From assembly GCA_036657515.1 (NCBI GenBank), contig JAVXGI010000005.1, positions 1-58,779 of the forward strand: a stretch of DNA of 58,779 bases. The letters are read 5' to 3'. Source of the DNA: Bacilli bacterium. GTDB taxonomy: Bacteria; Bacillota_I; Bacilli_A; RFN20; CAG-826. A program made the translations under genes and the position numbers. Shown here one piece after another: positions 57,680-58,779 of this stretch. Within the stretch, counting starts at the first letter, position 1; every line of letters starts with the position of its first letter. The notes under the pieces are model-generated. The model made no database searches. It worked only from the letters and a program-made list of their open reading frames with translations, and had not been told where the DNA came from.

Positions 57680-58717
57680 TTAAGCAATTGGCTTTAGTTG
57701 CTTCATAGATAGCCACATTGCTCTTACACCAAATATTAGAACAAAGATAAGTGTAGCAAACTGTGTTAAGAAGAAACCGAAGACAAGAGACAAGATAGCA
57801 GGAGATAACATTGACCAGAATGAGATCTTCATGCACTCCCAGAATGTATAAGAACGATATGGGTTTGCTTTTCCTCTAGTAAGGATGAAGAACATTAATC
57901 CCATTAATAGTACAATACCAGCGTTTATTCCAAGCATGATTGATGTTTGGACTAAACAATTTTTGTTTTTTGTATTCATATAACCTAATTCAACAAATTT
58001 TTGCCAATCTTCATAGGTTTTAACTTCACTTAAACTTTTAATATCTTTTAAGTTTAAGTAATCTCCACCAGTTGCGGAGTAGTTAGTTTTGTTGTTTGGA
58101 AATTTGTAGATTGTATAGGTATCTTTGCCAAGGATAAGAAAGGAAATAGTTCTTTTTAAATCTTTGGTTTCATATTTTGTTGGGACATCTGGCATAGTAG
58201 CAGTGATTACATCACCTTTTAATATGCGAGTTATGTTTTCAGAAATAAGTTCGTTTTTAAATGTAGTAAAGTTATAGACTTCAAGAATAGTTATGTCTTT
58301 AGAAGATCCGGTTGGATTAAGAGTAGAATCTGGTACCATAATTTTTTCAATATATTTGAAAGGTACTGGAAGAGGAGCTTTTGGATCGGTTGTTTCACCA
58401 AGTGCAGTGTTCCATGTTGCAATACTAAGTGTTCCGTCTCCGTTTAATGTTCCTTTGCTACTGTCAATTACGAGATCAAGTTTTTTCTTATCAAGAAATG
58501 TACTAAATGCTGGTAATGCTCTATCAAGGTTATAGGCGTTAGCAGCTAAGAATTGACCGCCATTAACAAGAGCAGTAGTAGTGACAATTGGTATGACTGA
58601 AATTATCGTTGAAAGTAAGAAGAATATAATGGCATACCACCATTTTTTTCCTCTTGCGCCGTCTACGACTGCGCTGTTACTGTATAACGATCTAAAAAGT
58701 AATCCTAATGTTTTCAT
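57680..58717 (-). CDS. Hypothetical membrane protein (N-terminal TM, large loop, three C-terminal TMs)
   Basis: Hydrophobicity pattern; topology reminiscent of DUF1189/MalA-like proteins; start probably ATG 58717. Confidence 0.7.
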   Translation of the reverse strand: MKTLGLLFRSLYSNSAVVDGARGKKWWYAIIFFLLSTIISVIPIVTTTALVNGGQFLAANAYNLDRALPAFSTFLDKKKLDLVIDSSKGTLNGDGTLSIATWNTALGETTDPKAPLPVPFKYIEKIMVPDSTLNPTGSSKDITILEVYNFTTFKNELISENITRILKGDVITATMPDVPTKYETKDLKRTISFLILGKDTYTIYKFPNNKTNYSATGGDYLNLKDIKSLSEVKTYEDWQKFVELGYMNTKNKNCLVQTSIMLGINAGIVLLMGLMFFILTRGKANPYRSYTFWECMKISFWSMLSPAILSLVFGFFLTQFATLIFVLIFGVRAMWLSMKQLKPIA

Positions 58718-58779
58718 ATAACTTGTATTATATAGAATATACATGACTATATCAATTATTTTTACTTTATTTACTAATA

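Noticed and set aside
1-58779. CRISPR arrays, tRNA/rRNA, transposases, prophage, T-boxes or riboswitches, and UGA-to-Trp recoding
   Set aside because: No spaced direct repeats or such motifs were seen by eye; intergenic gaps are short; TGA serves as a stop (tilS, P-type ATPase) and long ORFs are intact in code 11

Overview
AT-rich, genetic-code-11 chromosome segment spanning the replication origin of a reduced-genome low-GC Bacillota, probably Bacilli of the Erysipelotrichales/RFN20/RF39 grade (inferred from protein similarity and gene content only). Left arm, all on the minus strand: dnaA-dnaN, yaaA-recF-gyrB-gyrA-GT4-like-serS, a small SRP RNA, tadA, and a six-gene accessory operon (MacB-type ABC, CtpE-like P-type ATPase, TetR, Fe-ADH, M50-like protein, DegV). 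Right arm, mostly plus strand: rpmH-rnpA-yidC-jag, mnmE-tatD-rnmV-rsmA-ispE, an accessory block (ppdK, FGGY kinase plus phosphodiesterase, TetR plus heterodimeric ABC exporter, DUF368), pth-mfd-rqcP-tilS-ftsH-dus-lysS, rpsF-ssb-rpsR, gdpP-rplI-dnaB-walJ-rlmH, a Cof hydrolase and two hypothetical genes. Missing from the ORF track are rpmH, the SRP RNA, a bipartite oriC with a B. subtilis-like unwinding site, a parS-like site, an S6:S18-like leader and a nested inverted-repeat element. I saw no transposase, prophage, CRISPR array, rRNA or tRNA. Most of the window is housekeeping. The best candidate for an undescribed system is the left operon: its P-type ATPase lacks the M4 glutamate, its M50-like protein lacks a zinc ligand, and its ABC permease carries an EF-hand-like loop. 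Any function for it is speculative.
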